The translations under genes were made by a program, and so were the position numbers. A stretch of DNA of 64,000 nt from assembly GCA_002104905.1 (NCBI GenBank), contig MCFE01000139.1, positions 62,001-126,000 on the forward strand, given 5' to 3'. The stretch's first letter is position 1, and each line of letters begins with the position of its first letter. The stretch is from Basidiobolus meristosporus CBS 931.73. Lineage: Eukaryota > Fungi > Basidiobolomycota. Below the pieces are notes generated by a model that was not told where the DNA came from, did not search any database, and worked only from the letters and a program-made list of their open reading frames with translations. Of this stretch, positions 60,848 through 64,000 are shown in pieces.

Positions 60848-62937
60848 AAGCAAGTACATACGTCAACATCAAGCTAGCTGAACCATCTGGGATGCGTAAC
60901 CCTGTGCTAATCAAGTAATGGATCCTGTAAAATATTCACGTTCTACTGCGAAATTTACCATGATGTCCAAAAGAATGCTACCGTCGATAGAATCCAGTAT
61001 ATTTATCGATACCGGATGTACCCACTCATCAACAATACCCAGATTTCAGTATTGCCTCCCTTCATAGACCAGGATTCCAGAGCCCCGACAACCTCTGACC
61101 GAATTAAATGATGGAGAAATACTGTTACGTAACCACCTTTGACTGAGATGCGTCCGTCCATACTTCCTGGAGGTTGGCCGTGGAGGTTCCTTTTAAAGGA
61201 CCAATTAGGTCGGAGATGGGTTGTGAGGCAGCAGTGCACAATCCGCGGCCATTTCTCGTCTGGCTTCGCATGTGAGGTTAGGACCGAGGGTATCCTGGGG
61301 TGGGGCTTTGATCGTTGCTGGCAGCGCTTGATATGCTGTGAGACCACATCTCGCCACGGGACAAGTGCGCAAGGGCGAGTTGGGGCTATCGATGGTAGAC
61401 ACACACTGGTTGGTAGGATCGGAGTCATCGATGATCAGATATTGAACTTACCAGTCCAGTCATACAGAGGATGAAGAATAAGTAAGACACCTTCATCCAG
61501 TGGGTAGATGCCGCACCTAGCCGATGAAAGTGCGTACAAATTGAAAATCCCAGAACCCATCAGGCTTCGAGTGGCTGAAATGAGTGATCGGATGACAAGC
61601 CCCAGTACCTACTACAAGGCTGCCTGGTGGGCACACCGCTCTTGACTTTCCTTCGACGATTGCTTTGCGAGTTTCGACACGACAAGTCAAGGGAGAGTGT
61701 TACTTGAGGTTAGATGATGGAGGATAGGATACAGAACCGCCGTTGATCTGAATCTCGATTCCGCCAATCACTGATCAAGCCTGGCCATACTGGAATCACT
61801 ACGCTATTTGGCTCCATACCAACTTGATCTCGGATTTGACGCATTGCAGATGATTACACACACCGTCCAAATCCTCTTCCATAAATATGGCATTGATGGG
61901 AGCTACATCCCCACAGGGTCAGACTGATTCACTTGGATTTGATAAGAGGTTGGTACACGGCATTCTGTGGACGAGTAGATCTGGGGCTATGCCAGATGCT
62001 ACTCTCTAAGCCACGACTCTGAGTGTTCCCTTCCAACGCAGTGAAACCATAATAGGGACTTCGTTACTGTTGATTCCTCGCGCTTCGTGCCACCACTAAT
62101 AGGCAAATTGACTCTTATCTGATAAGGGCATTGTTGAGGGGAGGTATGTTGTGAGTGTCAGTGGGAATGGGAATGTGAATGTGAATGTGGACAAACCTTG
62201 ACTGTTACCCAAATCAGTGTCCAGTGTATTGCTCTGATTTATTCGGCATGTTCAATCAAACTGTTGACCAAACTCGACGCTGGATTTGGCAACGTTGACG
62301 TCACTTTCGAGACATTAGATTAACTCCATGGTGACTCCAACATACCACCTGTCTGCTGTGAGCAACAGAGGACTCTTCATATAAGGTTCCAGAGCCGAAG
62401 CCTTCGTGTGTGTGCATTACCCCGTGAGTATTGAGTTGTTAAGCGAGGGAGAGATCTACAAGCCATGCGCCAAAGACCGACGGGGCCTTCCGCATGCTGC
62501 GAACCATGCTGGAGATATCCCTGCTATGTGTGAATGGAAGGGCCGATGAAGATAATGATGATCTTTAGCTATTGGCACGCAAGATCAGTTGCGATATAAC
62601 CCCGATCAAGCCATAGCATGCCTCTTCGGGGAGAGTTGGCTTAAATGCCGACGATTCTACTCGAATGGCATGGGTCAGAGCTTCGAAGAAAACATGGAGA
62701 CAGCAGCGTATTATTTGTTGGTACTTTAGCCACCCTGATACAAGCGACACTTGGATTCATCACCCTTAGGTGACATGATATTACTGTTCATATCACCGGG
62801 TTTCAACTGATCACTACATAGGCAAACTCCCTCCCCAGCATTACGACTAATACAATGGGTTTATTCGGGTGTGAATCATTTGCTAGACTGCCATTACAAA
62901 AGCAAATCGCTGGAAGCCGAAAAGAACTGGTGGTTCT

Positions 62938-64000
62938 TCACGACGTGTGGGTATTTGTACACTGGAACACAAGACATCTGTTGATATCGTGATGATCCTT
63001 ATGGAACTTGATAAAGTCCCAATCATTAAACACATCCTTTACTTGGTCAGCTGTGCCGCTCCCGGCTTCCAAGACGAGGTAGCCATTTGCCGAAATGATC
63101 TTTTCTCTGACTGAGGCATGTAACATTTGATACGACGTTAAGCTGGTCTCACCACAAAACAGTGCCTCATGGGGCTCGAACTCCGAAACCCCAAAATCCA
63201 GCTTTCTGGCTTTGTCCTCCGGTATGTACGGGGGATTGCATAGTACAATATCGAAGCTCTGCTTCAGCTCTTCGATCTCGTCCAACTTCGAGAAGTCTCC
63301 GGTCACAAAGTTCACTCGGTCGACCATATCAAGCGATTCGGCATTTTTCTTGGCAACCTCGAGCGCCTCTGGGCTGATGTCAACTCCGCACCCGGTGGAA
63401 TCAGCAATCTTCTTCATGCACGACAGCAGAATGCATCCTGAGCCAGTCCCAAGATCAAGAATCTTGATTGGAGTCTCTCTATCCTTCATTGACTCGGCTA
63501 TCTCCACTGCCGCAGCCACCAAGGCCTCGGTGCTTTGACGAGGAATTAGCGTTGCGGGTGTAACATGGAATCGTAGGCCACAGAATTCCTATTTGAGGCG
63601 CTTGCAAGTTAGCAAGGACCGGTGTAGGAGGAGAGGAGGAAGATGTTACCTTGTAGCCAAGCAGATAGGCCACTGGCATCTCCGTTCCAGGATCATACTC
63701 TACTACATCAACATTGTTTTTCTGCAGCTCCTCTATATACTGAAGCTTTCGCTTTTCGAAGAAGCGAACCTCTCGTTGACGCAAAGCCTAGATATCAGGG
63801 ATTAGCAAGGTCGGTCGTTTCCTCCACCGCGAATACACGGGCTCTCCCACTTTACCTCGAATTTGTTGGGCTCTTCTCTGAAAAACCGCATCGGCTCCCC
63901 GGATACTGGGTGCGGGAACTCCAGCGCAAGTAGGGATAGAAACATCCCCTTATCTCTAGAGGTTTTTAGCTGCTTCGTGTATGAATTATTGCCAACCACA
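62938..64000 (-). CDS. 3' part of a spliced gene: RluA-family pseudouridine-synthase C-terminus fused to a HemK/PrmC N5-glutamine methyltransferase (exons >64000-63856, 63787-63650, 63588-62938)
   Basis: Phase-0 introns 63855-63788 (GTAAAG..GCTAAT..TAG) and 63649-63589 (GTAACA..GCTAAC..TAG); spliced product ...VGNNSY..MFLSLLALEFPHPVSGEPMRF..PNKFE|ALRQ...PVAYLLGYK|EFCGLRFHVTPATLIPRQSTE..DLGTGSGC..NPPY..EP..AL. Confidence 0.85.

Noticed and set aside
61205-61402. GLTAYQAL suggesting a zinc-binding dehydrogenase; DVVSQHIKRC in another frame suggesting a C2H2 finger
   Set aside because: Flanking conserved motifs are absent; likely chance matches
63479-63999. Separate small ORFs 63479-63784 and 63802-63999
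   Set aside because: They are exons read through into introns; explained by the spliced model

Overview
Fungal (probably early-diverging lineage; inference) genomic window. About 1-57.5 kb is a deeply nested, CpG-eroded transposon graveyard. It contains one near-intact Ty3/Gypsy (21648-26538), one near-intact Ty1/Copia (29787-34124), many Copia, Gypsy and chromovirus relics, three solo-LTR families, and at least eight relics of a CACTA/EnSpm-type (Transposase_21-like) family with CCC termini. It also contains a complete two-ORF PIF/Harbinger-superfamily (DDE_Tnp_4) element of about 3.4 kb (18280-26585, interrupted by the Gypsy), a younger partial copy of it, and two palindromic foldback MITEs with the same termini. 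A 3.7-kb inversion with a ~373-bp inverted duplication at its breakpoints lies at 7115-11153. The last ~6.5 kb keeps its CpGs and holds an intronless glycogen phosphorylase gene (minus). It also holds the 3' part of a spliced minus-strand gene in which an RluA-type pseudouridine-synthase C-terminus is joined in frame to a HemK/PrmC glutamine methyltransferase. All calls come from manual alignment and motif recognition; no database searches were run, and relic boundaries are approximate.
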